Positions 40,706 through 57,458 are shown, counted from the first letter of the stretch. The stretch: DNA of 60,000 bases from Schmidtea polychroa (GCA_044892525.1 CM097885.1:15936001-15996000), one strand, 5' to 3'. Translations and numbers: made by a program. Notes: a model not told the origin generated them from the sequence alone.

Positions 40706-43700
40706 TTTGTGTTATTTTTAGATTATTTAATTATTAGTGTTATTATTGGATTATTGAGCTATTAATGGATTAAAGTAATTACTGTATAAAAAGTGCAAAT
40801 TTAAAATCAATACAGAGAGAAAAATCCTGATATTGCCCATAATTTATTGAAACACGTGGAATTCAACATGCATTTAAATTCCCGACCAATCACATGGAAT
40901 CACGCGAGAATAACAATAATTTTTGCCCAAAATTTAAATAATATGAAAAAAATAAAATCAATTACTTCATTTGATAATTCTAATTTTTTTAAAACTTCAT
41001 GTTGCTCTTTTGCTATTTTTTCTTTCAAAGTTTCTTCAGCCTGGATTTGCAGCAAAGATTTTGTTGCAATTACCGGAGGTTTAATCAAAGCTGGCATGTC
41101 ATTTTTTATAGATTTTTCCTTTTCAGTAAATAACTTAATAAATATAAATTCAATTGAAATTGGTTCCTAGTTGGTAAATAACAAGATTACTGGAATTTTG
41201 TTTGATTCAGACAAATTTGTTGATTTTGATTGCTTGTTTTTTCTATTACCTACTTCTACTATTTTCGGTTTTACTGTTCCATCAACTTTTACTTTTAATT
41301 GAGATTCCTTTAGAGTTGGTAATTGTTCTTTTATTGATTTATCGGAATCTTTCATAACAACAGAACTGTCAGACAATTTATTTTCTGTGCCCATTTGATT
41401 GGGTGATTTTTGAGCCTGAGGAGCAGCATTCCAAATTGACTTTACCTGTTCTACTTTGCAAGTTTCTTTTGGCGAAGTATTTCGTACAACCTATTGGAGA
41501 AAATGAAAATAATTGAAGAAAAACTATAACTTAATCAATATCTGCCAGTCTATTATAATCAATATTTTACGTATTTTAACTGTTTAATCAATATTTCAAT
41601 ATAACGATAATGCCGAGTAATGGATAAATATTGAAACATAAATTCCAACATAAATATCGATCTACACAATTCTAATATCAGATATTGTGCAGATCAGACT
41701 TGAATATATATATTTTGATCAGATTTGAAAGTAACTGTGATATAGGAAATAATATAAATCAATAATTACATTGGCTAAAATTTAGTTTTGATAAATATGA
41801 TAAATACTCGACAAAGATTACATTTAAATGGGATTGGTAACTGAAGTACGAGAAAGCAAATATAGAAATTTTAATTTACTGGTCATTAACACAACACCAA
41901 AAAAGATTGCCAAATTCAGATTAAAAATTATTGTGTTGAATAGCGAAAAATAGCGATTTAATTTTGATCAATAGACGTGATGAAAATAAATGAAATGTTA
42001 AAATAAAACAAAAGACAGACTTAAGATTAAATATAATTGTAATAGCACCTGGACACGGATTTATCTTCAAAATAAAAACGACAACAAGGCAAAAAGTATT
42101 TGTTCCAAAGAGAAAATAGTATCCAATTAAAAAATTATCCTTCCAATGCCTATTTTTGGTACAATTAATCTTTTTTGTGTTTTCAATTTCAATTATTTTA
42201 AAATTTCAATTATTTTCAATGAATTTTATTTAGCAATAAATGAAATTTTGATCTATAATCGTAATCAAAATAAATGAAATGTTAAAAAAATAAAAACAGA
42301 AAAGGATTTTATAGATAATATCAATAAAATAATATTTTTTAAAAAATTAAAGATAAATATGATAAATTGAAAAACCATAAGAAAATAATTGAAATGGACT
42401 CAAATTAATAAATTATCCTTCCAATGCCTATTTTTGGTACAATGAATCTTTTTTTGTATATAATAAATTATTGGGTAATTTATTAATAAAAAAATTGATT
42501 TATTTTAAATATAAATCAATTTTAATTATTTTAAAATTTCATTTATTTTCATTACAACGTCAGATCAAAAATTATTGTTGAATAGCAATAAATGAAATTT
42601 TGATCTATAATCGTAATCAAAATAAGTGAAATGTTAAAAAAATAAAAACAGAGAAAAGGTGAACAGAGTAAAGGATTTTATGGATAATAAGAACTTTTTT
42701 TTTTCAAATTTCACCACTAATTTATTTTCCATTATATTTATAAAAAGAAGAGCTTGAAGAATATGAATCAGTAAATTTATCAAAAACATCGATATATTTT
42801 CAGGCTTTTTAATAAATATTTTATATAGGGAATGGAATAATGGGGGCATTTCAATTGTAACAATCTATATCAACACCTGGTATTCTGAGATAATCATTGA
42901 TGTATATTGTTCCTCTCCTCTTACTTGATTGGTTTCAGTGATTACATAGAAGGGAATATGCATACTTTTTAGGATTTTAGTATATTTAGTTATTTCAACA
43001 ATCAAAAAGTTAATTAAATTCATTTTATGATATTGTTAGAAATTGTTATATAAGTAATAAAGTAAGGGCAAACTATGGAATATATAATATAAATCATTAA
43101 TTTTATTGTGTTAGTATAATTTCTTATTGGAGTCAGTATAAAATTCCTACCGTTGGTTGAATTTCCGGCTCATTGGATTTCTTTTCTTTTTTCATTTTAA
43201 TACTTTCTTCCGCCTGTATTTGGATAAATGATGTGGAAATTGCGGTTGGAGTGGTTTTCACTGGACCCCATATTGATGGTGAATCAGATTTTCGATTTTC
43301 CAATTCAATTCTTATTGGTCTAACCTGAACAAACGTAATTTCAATAATGAAATTGAGAAAATGAATTCTGGTTTTATGTAACACCTGTGATCGATTAATT
43401 AATAGTTCTGACCCTGGAAATAATAGTCACTTTTCAATGCAATCGATGTCCTATCTGACACTTAATTTTATAAATGATTTTTATTAAATCAATCATTATA
43501 AAAAAGTTATAAGAAAAAATAATATATTGTGATCAGTTATAACTCCTCAAGCTCATTTAATAATCATTTAAAATTTAAGCAGTTACTGTCTTAAATTTTA
43601 GGTTTAAAAATGCAATTGATACAAGTAAAATTCAATTTATGCCATCAATATTATCAAAATTTATGAAATTCCTACATTATCAGTTCAATAATTATTGATT

Positions 43701-43859
43701 TAATTGTGAAAATATTGACAAATTATTAAATTTTTAAATTCTACATGCTTTTCATATTTGAGGTTCTTCATTTCCTTCAAATGGTAAAATTTTTGCTAAA
43801 ATCCTTTTTTTGATTTATTTTCTTAGTACGTAATTTTTAAATTTCTACCTCAAATACAA

Positions 43860-43891
<32 letters not shown>

Positions 43892-43995
43892 TGAGATTTG
43901 AGTTTCTTCATTTCCTTCTTTAAATCGATCAAATGGTAAATTGCTCAATCTTTTTGGTAAAATCCTTTTTATTGATTTATTTTATTAATACTTAA

Positions 43996-44227
43996 CCCTT
44001 TCGCACCGACTTTCCGCTAATGACACTATGCTAAATTTATATATTGGAACTTGTTAATATTGACCTAAATATGAAATATTCTCATTTTTGTAATCGTGGC
44101 GCTTCTGAATATCCTAGAAAGTCCTGGGATAATAAGTCCCAATAGGCTTTTATGGACCATTCAAAATATCCCAGTAGGATCATGATGAAAGTTTCCGGGA
44201 CGTATTGTCCCAATAGAGGCGAAAGGG
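43996..44227. mobile_element. piggyBac-type MITE
   Basis: TTAA-CCCTTTCGC...GCGAAAGGG-TTAA. Confidence 0.85.
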
Positions 44228-44534
44228 TTAATATTTAAATCTCAAATTTATATATTGTTGTTATAAATCGCTTTCCGTGTTTAATAAAATGGATTAAATT
44301 GAACTGCACTAGATTATAATTCTGCACAATTGTTTCCTGTAAACTGTTATTGATTTAATTTCCATTTGAATCATTTATAAAATCAATCAATTTAGATCAA
44401 AATGTTTAATAAATTAATTTGAATGGAAAATTACAAACTGAAAAAAAATTTTTAAATTCAAAATTAAATCGATTCTTTATGAATTAATTTTACTATATAG
44501 AAGTTGTTCTGAGGTCAAACATCATCAGCAAAGA

Positions 44535-44993
44535 CAGGGGTGGGGAACCTTTTTATTTCCATAGGCCACATTGAAATTTGTGGCCTCCAAATGGGGCCGC
44601 AGTCAAAAAGTATTTTAACATTAATTAATTTCATTTTATATACAGTTAGTAATTAAAACAATGTTTATAATCAGTCTCCAGATTTGAATAATGCAGTTGT
44701 ATGAAATATTCTGGAATATGTTTTTTATTTCTGAATCGAAAAGTTGATGCAAATAAGTCATCATTTCACAAATAATCTTATTTATTCTTCTACAAACGTT
44801 TTGTATTTATGGATGTGAATAATTGACTTTTATATTTCGTTCTTTGTACTCGGTGGCATTCTTATACAGTACGATATATGCAGTCCAGTAGTTACAAGTA
44901 TTTTCATTTGTAAATTCTCAAAATTCATGGTTCTTTTTGTAAATTAAGATTTATTTCGATAAGGCTCCGTGGGCCGCAGGTTCCATACCCTTG
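44535..44993. mobile_element. hAT (Charlie-like) MITE
   Basis: CAGGGGTGGGGAACCT/AGGTTCCATACCCTTG; gggccgca subterminal motifs; degenerate 8-bp TSD. Confidence 0.65.
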
Positions 44994-45724
44994 ATCCAAG
45001 ATAACATTGATATAAAAAATGATTGATTTGTATGAAAAATTGATCAAATAATAAAAATAATTAATTTATATAAATATTGATCAATTATTTTATGTAAAAA
45101 ATTTTATAAATTCATAATTTTTTAATTGATTAATAAATATTGATTCCAAGGAAAAATGTTAAAAATATTAAATTAAAAGAATATATAATAATTGGATATT
45201 GATATTAATAGATATTAGTGGATATCAATCGATATTAATTGATATTATTGGATATTAATAGATATCAATGAATATCAATCGATATTAGTGGATATTAATT
45301 GATATTAGGATAATAAACAATGTAATATCGAGAAATAAAATTCAAATTAAAACTAACTTTTGATATATTGTCATTTTCTTTTCCAGTTGCAGTTATCACT
45401 GAATCCCTTGGTATGATAAGTAACCTGCTGTCTGTTGGCTGTTCAGGTGGTTTTGCTTCAGGGATGGGAGTTATCTTCTTTTCCTCCTTTACAGTTCTAC
45501 TGTATTAATCAATTTATATGGATTTTTACACGTTTTAGTATTAATACTTGTTTACTTTAGCTTTTGTCTTTATGTTTTTCTTTTGAATTTTGGCTTCTTT
45601 TGATGAGAACCATTTATTAGATTCATCTGTTACATTCAATATTTGTTCAATGTTAGATTCATCGATTTCCCATTTATCAACAACTGGTTCCAATTTCGGT
45701 TCCAAGACAATTGGACTCCTCAAA

Positions 45725-45977
45725 AAAAATAACAAGCAAAAACCATCAAATTTATACAATTAAAAATACTAAAATAGCACTAACTAACGCAGATGACAAA
45801 AGGGTTTGGGTGGGGAAAAATACTAGTTTAGCATATGGGCATGTAAGATTAAGTCAATTAAATGTTGGAGAAGATGGTGAAGAATTTGATGAAGAAGATG
45901 TTGGAGAAGATGTTGGAGAAGTTGTTGGAGAAGATGATATTGATATTGATGACATTATTTTATCTGACGAAGATTGA
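45725..45977 (+). mobile_element. Polinton/Maverick protein-primed DNA polymerase B C-terminal fragment
   Basis: HQIYTIKNTKIALTNADDKRVW...TSLAYGH. Confidence 0.7.
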
Positions 45978-46098
45978 TTTTATTAAATAAAATTTTATAT
46001 CTTTACTTTGTTCTTTTTATGTGTTTGGTAAATTTTTATGTTTGTTATGTGTCTAGTTATTTTTATGTGTTTAGTTAATTTTTAGGTGTTGCATAGTA

Positions 46099-46326
46099 CA
46101 CTCATACCTCGCTATACGGCTGCTCTTTATACGGCTTTTCGCTATAACGGCCTACTTTATTTACGGCACTTTTTCGATTTACGGCCTAAAATGTTTCGTT
46201 ATACGGCCAAAAATCCTATTGAATTGTATATGGAATTGTATCAAAATATTTGATTCGTTATGCGACGTTTCGCTTTGCGGCCAACTTTCCTGGAACGTAT
46301 CTAGGCCGTAAAGCGAGGTATGAGTG
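46099..46326. mobile_element. Tc1/mariner (Tigger/pogo-like) MITE
   Basis: 22-bp TIR CACTCATACCTCGCT(A/T)TACGGC (21 of 22 match) with TA duplication. Confidence 0.9.
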
Positions 46327-46339
46327 TATTTGGTTGAAA

Positions 46340-47790
<1,451 letters not shown>

Positions 47791-47794
47791 AATA

Positions 47795-48110
47795 AGTAGG
47801 TAGAAGTGAGCCCACGATGACTTATAGAAAATTTTGAGGTCAACCTAAGGTCAAATTTAAGGGCAATGTCATTTTCAGGACAATTTAAGCCATTTTAAGG
47901 TCAAATTCTGAGGTCAATGTTGATTTTAGGCTATTTTAAGGTCAACTTTTGAGGCCAAAGTCTATTTTTTTCTCAATTTAAGGTCATAGAAAATTTTAAG
48001 GTCAACTCACCTACCTCTAACTTTAAGGTCATAGAAAATTTTAAGGTCAACCCCCTACCCCTACCACTTAATTTTAAGGTCAAATTGAGGTCAAAATTAA
48101 AAATTTTAAA
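47795..48110. repeat. Short-period ttaaggtca repeats, probably Polinton subterminal sequence
   Basis: More than ten aggtca-containing units next to the Polinton gene fragments. Confidence 0.45.
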
Positions 48111-48417
48111 AATTTTCTTAAGTCCATTTAACGAATTACTTTATAGAGAGTTTTCAAAGTCAAAACACGTTTTAATACTACGTTTGCAAATGTCTTTGTT
48201 ACACATGCATTTGCAAATGTCTTTGTTACTCATGCATTTGCATTGCAAATATCTTTGTTACTCATGCATTTGTATTGCATGTCTTTGTATTACACACCGT
48301 AAGGATAGAAAAATATTTCTAAGCGAGATCTAAATTGACTGTGTGTAAAGGGCAATAAATAAGGGTAAAATAAAATTTTTTTAAGAAAATAAATGTAATT
48401 TTATTTAAATTTATGAC

Positions 48418-48458
<41 letters not shown>

Positions 48459-48929
48459 TTATTTTGGGCAGATAATTTCTGCGTGTCTGTATATGAAAAC
48501 ATTGATAAGAAGCAATAAATATTATATCAAATCTCTTATGTTTTACATAGAACTATATTAACCAATCAGAATCATAACCAGTATTAGTATAAATAAAACA
48601 GAATATTTAAAATTAATGTACAATGTCAAAATCAAATTTTGCAGAAAACATCTAAAAAAGTTTGGTTAATGAGAATATCGCACAAAGCCTCAGTTTCCTA
48701 GTTAAACAAACTGAGAAAATCATTGACGGAAACCATGTCGACTACCAAACCATGCTTGATATGGAATGCCTGGAGACGAAGAAATTTTATTTCAATAGGA
48801 TTTTCGACTGTCTATTTGACGACCAAATGAAGCGGACCAGAATAATCATAGGTTTTACCTATATGAAGATTATTATAGAAAAAAGTCTATACGATGCTGA
48901 TCATTATTATCTGTGGTCTCAAGAAGTAA

Positions 48930-49049
<120 letters not shown>

Positions 49050-50462
49050 ATTAATTTGTAGATAGTCAAATCTAAGTTTTCGCCATGGATCGATGCCAAT
49101 GGTGGATGGCACACACTAGTCGAACTTGCCCAGAACGTACAAGAAATAGAGCAAGCCTAAGCAAAAGTCAAAAGTTATATGCGATTAGCCTTGGGAGTTG
49201 TTGTATTATATCTAATGTTTAAATATTTAAATAAAAGTTAATGTTGTTATTTATAAATATTATACTTTAAATGTACACTCAAACTAAAATTTATTAACAC
49301 ATTCACATTCATCATCTCCGCATTTCATAACATTTTCAACGATATGATCTATACAATCGTTATATACACGCGGTTCGGTATACTTAATATTTTCAGTTAT
49401 ATAATCCGTAAGTTCCTCCTTAGGTTCATCAATTTCTTGTATGATTTCCTCGTCATCTTCTTGTGTGTTTTCTTCATTAATTTGTTCTGTTATTGCCTCA
49501 TAAGTTTCATCAAATCTTGAATCTTCACTACCCAGTCTATATTTAATTCATTTGAAACAGATAATACATCCTCCATTTTTACACAAGATATTTCTGCTAA
49601 TTTTGCCAACAAAACATTGATTAAATATTCTAAACAATAAATAATTCAATCAATAACTGACCATATTAACCTTTTTCTAACGTCATTATTAACACTTTAA
49701 AACTATAATGTAAGTTTGTTTATCGAATGTCTTTGTTAAAGTTTGCATGTATTTTGCATTGATTTTGCAATTTCCTGGTTAAGTAAATGAAAAACAAATA
49801 GGACAAAATACATTTATTAAATACATTTATTAAAAACAATAAATATAGCAACATTTATAAAAATAGCTGTGAAAGTCTAGCAGACATAGTTTTCCAAATT
49901 GGAGAATATTATCAATATTATCATTATTATCAACTTTATATCCCTGGATTGCTATTGTTATATACCAATTTTCGTTTTCTTTAAAGCTGATTTCATCAAT
50001 GGAATCATAAAATCTTGCATATCGGTTGTTGAACCATGCATGTTGATTACATGATAGATTCGCATCCAACCGTTTGAAAACCTCAATAGATTTAACATCT
50101 ATCATTGAAAGTGTGCCGGATAAGAATTGAAATTGAGTAGGAATTAGCTTGATCGGTGACACCAATTTCATATTGATTTCTTCTTTTAAAAAATGCATTT
50201 TGTAGTTGTGGAACATTTGAACAGGTTGTACAAGTTCTGCAACAACAACCTTTGGTTTTTCAGTGCTTGATATTTTCTTGGTAATCGTGAATTATGATTG
50301 AATTGTAATGGTACAGGGTTTTTATACCTATGGCTATTGTTTATAAACCAATCAAATTGCAGTATGTCTTTGTTTTAATTACATTCAAAATGCATTGATG
50401 TTGCATTGTCATATGTTATATGTGTCATATTATTATTATTGCTTTTATTACTTCCAAACTAA

Positions 50463-50464
<2 letters not shown>

Positions 50465-50536
<72 letters not shown>
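50465..50536. repeat. (ATT)n microsatellite
   Basis: Directly visible. Confidence 0.95.
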
Positions 50537-50537
<1 letters not shown>

Positions 50538-50650
50538 AATGATGATTGCTTGGTAGCAGCATTTATTATTTAAAACAATAAAATGATAATTTAAGCCTTT
50601 TGCTGCAAATAATGTATTTAATGAAAGAATTTTCGACTATAAGATAGTCC

Positions 50651-50971
50651 TTGATCAGCAGACATGTTGGTGTAACAGTTATTATCATAACACAAAATCT
50701 ATTTCATCAAGGTGGTGCACATCGAACACGTAATTTAAATGTACAATATTTAGTTATTTTCAAGAATCCTAGAGATGCAACTGTCATTGATTTTCTTGGA
50801 CGACAAGCATACCTTAATAACCGTAATTTTCTTATCATTGCATTTCAAGATGCTACTAAAATACCGCATGGATATATATTTCTTGATTTCACACAACAAT
50901 GTCCCGATGATTTACGAGTAAAAACAGATATTTTCAACCCAAAAGGTGCCATGGTTCAAAAACAAAGTTGA
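50651..50971 (+). mobile_element. Polinton/Maverick packaging ATPase C-terminal fragment
   Basis: SRHVGVTVIIITQNLF...YLVIFKNPRD...LGRQ...DATKIPHGYIFLDF...LRVKTDIF; Walker A absent. Confidence 0.8.
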
Positions 50972-51119
50972 AACATAAGTAGGAAGTTAGTAGCGTACGG
51001 CAGCAATGACCCCCCCGGTGGGGTCTGCTGCCGTAATGTTTTGCTGCAACTTTTTATTACGCAATTGCTGCAACTCACATTTTTTGCTTTCAGGGATTTT
51101 TAGTCCAATTTTTTTTTAT

Positions 51120-51490
51120 TAGACTATAGTGAGGGGGTCTCGATGGTCCTGGGATTTTCAATACAAAAACTTTCTTTTCAATACAAAAATCCGATTATCA
51201 CTAGAAAAGCATAGAAGTTTCAGACTATAGTGAGGGGTCTCCATGGTCCTGGGATTTTCAATACCAAAAAATTTTTCAATAGAGAAAGGCGGTCTTCAAT
51301 AAAAAAGGTGGTCTTCAATAAAAAAGCATGGAATTTTCAGACTATAGTGAGGGGGTCTCGATGGTCCTGGGATTTTCAATACCAAAAAATTTTTTCAATA
51401 GAGAAAGGTGGTCTTCAATAAAAAAGCATGGTAATTTAAGGTCTCAGGATATTTTCAATACAAAAATCCGAATATCACTAAAAAAGCATG
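51120..51490. repeat. Imperfect tandem repeat of about 105-120 bp (3 copies)
   Basis: agactatagtgagggggtctc.atggtcctgggattttcaatac repeated. Confidence 0.85.
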
Positions 51491-52094
51491 GATTTTTCTA
51501 GTTCAATTCAGGTGGGTCTTCTTGGTCCTGAGAATTTTAATAAAAAAAGGTAGTCTACACTAAAAAACGTGGTAAATTTTTTAAAATAAAGCCAATTATG
51601 GGTCTAAAAATTGAATTACAGTAAATTAAGGTCCAAATTTTTAAATTAAAGTAAATTATGGGTCTAATAATTGAATTACAGTAAATTATGGGCTAAGATT
51701 TTTGAATTAAAGTAAATGATGGGTCTAATAATTGAATTAAAATAATCAATGGGTTCAACTTAGTAAATTAAGGTTCAAATTTTTAAATTAAAGTAATCAA
51801 TGGTCAAAAATTTAAATTAAAGTAATAATTTTAAAATAAGTAACGTAATAAGTAAATAAATGTAAGATTTTTAAATTTATTAACAAAAAGTTGGAATAAT
51901 AGTAGGTGTTTGAGAATTAAAATTTTTTAATGAAAATTTTTATGAAATAATTTTTTAAGTAATTTTTAATAGAAATTTTAATGAAATATTTTTCAATGGT
52001 AAATTTTAATGGAAATATTTATGGAATAATTTATTTAGGATAATTTTTAATGAAAATTTTTATGAAATATTTTTCAAAGACAAATTTTAATAAT

Positions 52095-52665
52095 AATTCA
52101 ACAACAAACCAACAACTTAGTACCAACAACCAGTAACTTACGAACATGTATTAACAACCAGCTAACAACTAGCTACCACCTACCAAGTACATACAACCAA
52201 CATCAACCAGGTACTAAGCATTATCAACCAAGTACCTACAACCATCTACCAAGTACTCACAACCAAAAACAACCAGCTAACAACTAACTACCACCTACCA
52301 AGTACATACAACCAACATCAACCAGGTACTAAGCATTATCAACCAACTACTAAGTACCTACAACCAACTACTAAGTACCTACAACCAACTAGCTACCACC
52401 TACCAAGTACTAACAACCGACTACAACCAGGTACTAAGCATTATTAACCAACTACTAAGTACCTACAACCAACTAGCTACCACCTACCAAGTACTAACAA
52501 CCCACAAAAACCAGCTAACAACTAACTACCACCTACCAAGTACACACAACCGAAAACAACCAGGTACTATGCATTATCAACCAAGTACCTATAACCACCT
52601 ACTAAGTACTAACAACCAAAAACAATCAACCAACTAGGTACCAGATACCAAGTACTTACAGCCAG
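52095..52665. repeat. C/A-rich complex tandem repeat; related sequence at 53870-54170
   Basis: ctaccacctaccaagtac and aaccaggtactaagcatt units. Confidence 0.85.
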
Positions 52666-52787
52666 ATGACCACATGAAATCATTGGTTAAATAAGTAAAT
52701 TAATGTCTAATTTTAAAATTAAGTAATCAATTATCTAAATATTAAAGTCAATTTAAGATGAAAGTTTTCTGGGATTTTCAATCTTAA

Positions 52788-53009
52788 CCCTTTCATTCGG
52801 GAATTAATTTTTCTTTTTGCGTGTGCTCTTCACAAAATCAACTGAAAAATACTGAAAATGTCACTATTTGGCGCCAAAATTATTAAAATGTACTATAACA
52901 AATTTCAATTTTCTTAAAAAGTACTTCTCACATTATATTTTAGAAAAGGTACAACAGATATTCAGCAAAAAAACTGTGTACAATATATTGTACACTCCGT
53001 ATAAAAGGG
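52788..53009. mobile_element. piggyBac-type MITE
   Basis: TTAA-CCCTTTCATTCGG...CCGTATAAAAGGG-TTAA. Confidence 0.8.
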
Positions 53010-56000
53010 TTAATTTTAGATGCAAATCTTCGTCAATTAATCAATGACCACATGAAATTATTGGTTAAATATGAAAATAAGGGTTATAATTAGTTGTTAA
53101 GTAAATTATGGTGTAAAATTTAGTAATAAAGAATAATTAGGTACATTAAGGATAAGTAAATTAAAGTTAAAAATTTTAAATAAGTAAATTAAGAGTTTCA
53201 AAATTTTAAAATTAAGTAATGTTTTCAAAAATTAAATTAAAGTTAAATAAGTAAATTAAAGTAATAATTTTTAAATAAGTAATGTAATATGTAAATTTAA
53301 CTAAGATTTTTAAATTTATTATCAAAAGATTGAATAACCACCAACTTTTTTGAGAAATGTAATTTTTAATGAAAATTTAAATGTAAAATTTTTTAAGTTA
53401 ATTTTTAATGAAAATTTTTATGAAATATTTTTTTAAATTAATATTTTTATACAACTTCTATAATAATTTTAATTACAATCAATAGAAAAACCTTTTCAAA
53501 ATGTCTAAATTTAATAAAAATGTTGATTTTCATCAAAAATAAATAATTGTCAACTCATCACCACGTGGAAATGATGATAATTTAAATTACAATGAAAGAC
53601 TATAGAATTCTAATTTACAAAACATTCTTCTTTTAAATGATAACTACTGACTTATTATTGCAAAGTAAAAATCACATTCAATAAATACTTATTGTTGATC
53701 AGTTTTATTATATATTCTCTGAGTTTATCCGACAGGTTGTTTTGACCCTCTAAGGATATTAGTCGTAAAGGTACTAGTCGTAGGGGTATTGGTAACACTC
53801 AACCACCACCTGGTCGTAAGGGTATGAGTCGTAAGGGTACTAGTCGTAGGGGTATTTGTAACACTCAACCACCACCTACCCATTAACTAGTTACCATGTA
53901 CTAACAACTAGGTCTCAAACAACTAAATACTAAACATTTACAACCACATACTAACAACCACCATCAAAACCCATCAACCTACAACTAGATACTTACAACC
54001 AGATACCCGCTACCAAGTACTTACAACTAGATACCAAGTACCAACAATCAACTAACCACACATAAAAATAATAGCAATTAAATACAAAATATTCTTCATC
54101 ACATACACTATCTTCTTATCAAAATCTCAAAAGTCAACCAACTACTTACAACCAACTATGTACTAACAAATTGATCTTTAAAAGAAAATACTCATCACTT
54201 GAAAAATTGGATGAAAAATTAATTGAACTCAAGGCATCAATAACTAGCTAAAAATTGATTAAATAATTGTAAAAATTTTAAATTTTCAAAATAAATATTA
54301 TAAAAATGTAATTAATGGACAAGAAAGAATTCTAGTCATTAATCATCCAGTAAATATAAAAATATTGATCATTCAAGTTAATATGAATCAACTAAGATAA
54401 TAAATTAATAAGAATTTTGAAATAAGATCTAGTAGATAATTGATTTAGATTGAATAAATTAGTTGAAATAAAATTAATTTTAATTAATTTTTTAAAAGTA
54501 ATGCATGTACTCAAATTGATTGACTGATTGCTCAATATATTCAAAAAATCATTATAAATTCATTACAATTATCAAAGTCAGCAATCTACAATAAAAATAG
54601 TTATCATTAAATTCCAAAAGAAACTAGATAACTAATGATAACATCTAACAAACCAGTAAATTCATTTAAATGACAACAATTGGTATATCCAAGTGAATTC
54701 TCCAATAAAATCATCTATAAAGAATCATTTTCCCCTAAATATATCAATATTTAAAGATTGGTATTTTAATGATAAATAATTGTTAAAGATCATATATTCA
54801 CCTCAAACTAATAAGATTCCTTAAAATCCCTTAAATGACTATATTTCAACCCTTAATTCATATTATTACAAATATCATCTAAAAAGCATCAAATTTCCTT
54901 GAAATAACTCTATCCTTAAAGATTGATATTTTAATGACAAGTACCCGTAAAAGATCATATATTTCCCTCGGACTAATAGTGACTTTTTCCCTCTTTTGAA
55001 TTGCAAATTTCATTCGTCGCTTCTTATATATTGCTGTAACCAAATTTCACTGCAATTGCATTTTGTAAGTAAATCTCTGATTTCGAGGTTAATCTGTTCG
55101 TTAGCTATGACAGCAAGTTTCTTATTAAATGCGATCTGCGAGGAGGATGGTAAGATCATTTTGTTTATTACGGTATAATTGGCGAAATGTTCATTGAAGA
55201 GTGGTTCATAATGAACTATGTTAAGCGCTACAAGTCTGTTTGCTTTTGTTTTATCCATACTCCTGTCACTAGAATAATTTCATACTTGTTCATTTTTTTT
55301 AAATGACTTCGCTCTAACACAGTGACTTTTTCCCTCTTTTGAATTGCAAATTTCATTTATCGCTTCTTATATGTTGCTGTAACCAAATTTCACATAAAAT
55401 ATTGCATACAATACTTTCAAATAATTATGGAATGCATTTTTGTGGCTTTCAACAATTTCAAGCTGTTTCTTAATTTTATTTCGTTTTTCTGCGCCACTTT
55501 TAAATCTTTTCTATGTGCTTACTATAGTAGATAGAAGTGTCACCGCTGAACCAACCCTCTGGTAAAATCTCAAGGTCGATTAAGAATTTTAGATAAGTGT
55601 ATATAAAAAATGCTTAGTTTCCATGGAAGTGAGCTTAAAACTCTCTAAATTAAAATATAGGTCACACCATAATATAACATTTTCTGTATATTATGAAACA
55701 AAGACAAACTTATATTATAGAATTAAACTCATATTTTTTAACACATGGGAACACAATGAACAAAAGCATAAGAAAAGTAAATTATGCAAATTAACAAAAT
55801 ATGCTTAGAAATATTTTGAAAAATATACTTTATTACAGAAAATTATTTTAATATCGGAAATCAACTGAATAGGAAATATACAGGAATATTTACAGGAATA
55901 TACTGGGAAACCCTCCAAACTCTAGAAAATTAAATATCCCAACTCAAAAAATTTCCCCAAATTTTAAAAGCTCCTAAAATTAATTTTCGCAAAAAATAAC

Positions 56001-56316
56001 GTAATTTTATATATGGTCAAAATTAACTTGTAAATTTTTTTTAAAATATTACTTTATTATAGGAAATCAACCGTATAGGAAATATACAAGATTATTACAA
56101 GAAAAATCTTCCCAACTCAAATTATTACACAAATGCACTCAGTCTGGGACACATTGAGGAGCCATTGAAAGCTTGGTCACACCGCGAGCCAATACTCATG
56201 CTCATTGCGAAAAATCCAGTCAAATCGCCTTTATTGCCCTCATAAACATTACACAAATGCACTCAGTCTGGGACACATTTCTCGCTATCCGTTCTGAGTA
56301 AGCATCCGTTTTGTAC

Positions 56317-57458
56317 AGGTCATAGTAAATTATTGATTGATGAGATCAGTAATATATGCAATGAGATGCAAGCAATGAGAGATGAGAATCTAAAATTGCG
56401 TAATGAAATTATCAATATCAATGTAAATTTGTATTTGTAATTAATTTTATTGACATTTGTGATTGTAGGTGAAACTGGGCAATATTGAAAGGAAAGAGGC
56501 GGAGAACAAAAGAGAAATAGAAGAATTGAATGAGGAAATGGTGACATTGAAGAATAAGAATCGCTCATTGAGAATGGAGATGGAGACAAATATTGGATCA
56601 AACAATCAAGTTTGATTATTGATTTGATTTGCTATTTATTTGTTATTGCTGCAAAGCAGGTCAGACAGCAAATTGAAGTGATTGAATCAAAATGTCAACA
56701 GCAAATTGATGAGATGAAAGAGAAATGCGAGCAGCGGCTGCAACAGGGGAATGAAAAGGTGATTTATTGATTTATTTAAATATTTGAATTTGAGATTCAG
56801 TTGCAGCTTGAAATGGCGAAATGCGCCAATGAAATTTGGCGGAATGAAACAAAATGTCAACAGCAAATTGATGAGATGAAAGAGAAATGCGAGCAGCGGC
56901 TGCAACAGGCGAATGAAAAGGTGATTTATTGATTTATTGAAATATTTGAATTTGAGATTCAGTTGCAGCTTGAAATCGCGAAATGCGCCAATGAAATTCG
57001 GCAGATTGAAACAAAATTAGCAAATGAAAAATATATAAATTACGGATTTTTTGAATGGGAAATCGATAAATTTTCACAACAAAAGAGAAATGAAAATATT
57101 TACAGCAAGGCATTTTATTCTGGACCAATCGGTTAGAAAATGTGCTTGAGGGTGCTGATTGCGGGTTATGGCTGGTTTCTGTTTGATGCGTGGGGCAAAT
57201 GATGAGCAATTGGATTGGCCGTTCAATCAATTATTGACAATCGATGTGATCGATCCAGCAAATGGCAGCATTTATCAGGGCAAGTCAATGAAATATTCAG
57301 ATTTGCCTCGTCATGCCGGATGGATGAAACCGTCAAATGACAGAAATAATCCAATTCGCATATATTATGGCCCTGGTGCCAACTCAATCTATCAATTAGC
57401 AGCCAAAAGTGATAAATTGCTGCTCAGGGGCAGAATTGAAAAATTCTTACAAATTTAA
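56317..57458 (+). pseudogene. TRAF-like copy 4, 5'-truncated, nonsense codon in MATH
   Basis: Starts mid exon 1, fused to an unrelated repeat; GGT TAG at 57131-57136 replaces GGT TAC; followed by a frameshift. Confidence 0.88.

Larger units (their letters stand above)
37931..45720 (-). pseudogene. GIGYF (PERQ)-like gene, C-terminal exons, with in-frame stops; 5' part not seen
   Basis: Repeated SL(L/V)(Q/E)IQAEE exons; LTKWCLKRL...TVIELLKEV...(stop)LGDSKFTCNFVLEFIAKR resembling the GIGYF C-terminal domain; last exon KSRSKKKMV; GT-AG junctions. Confidence 0.6.
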
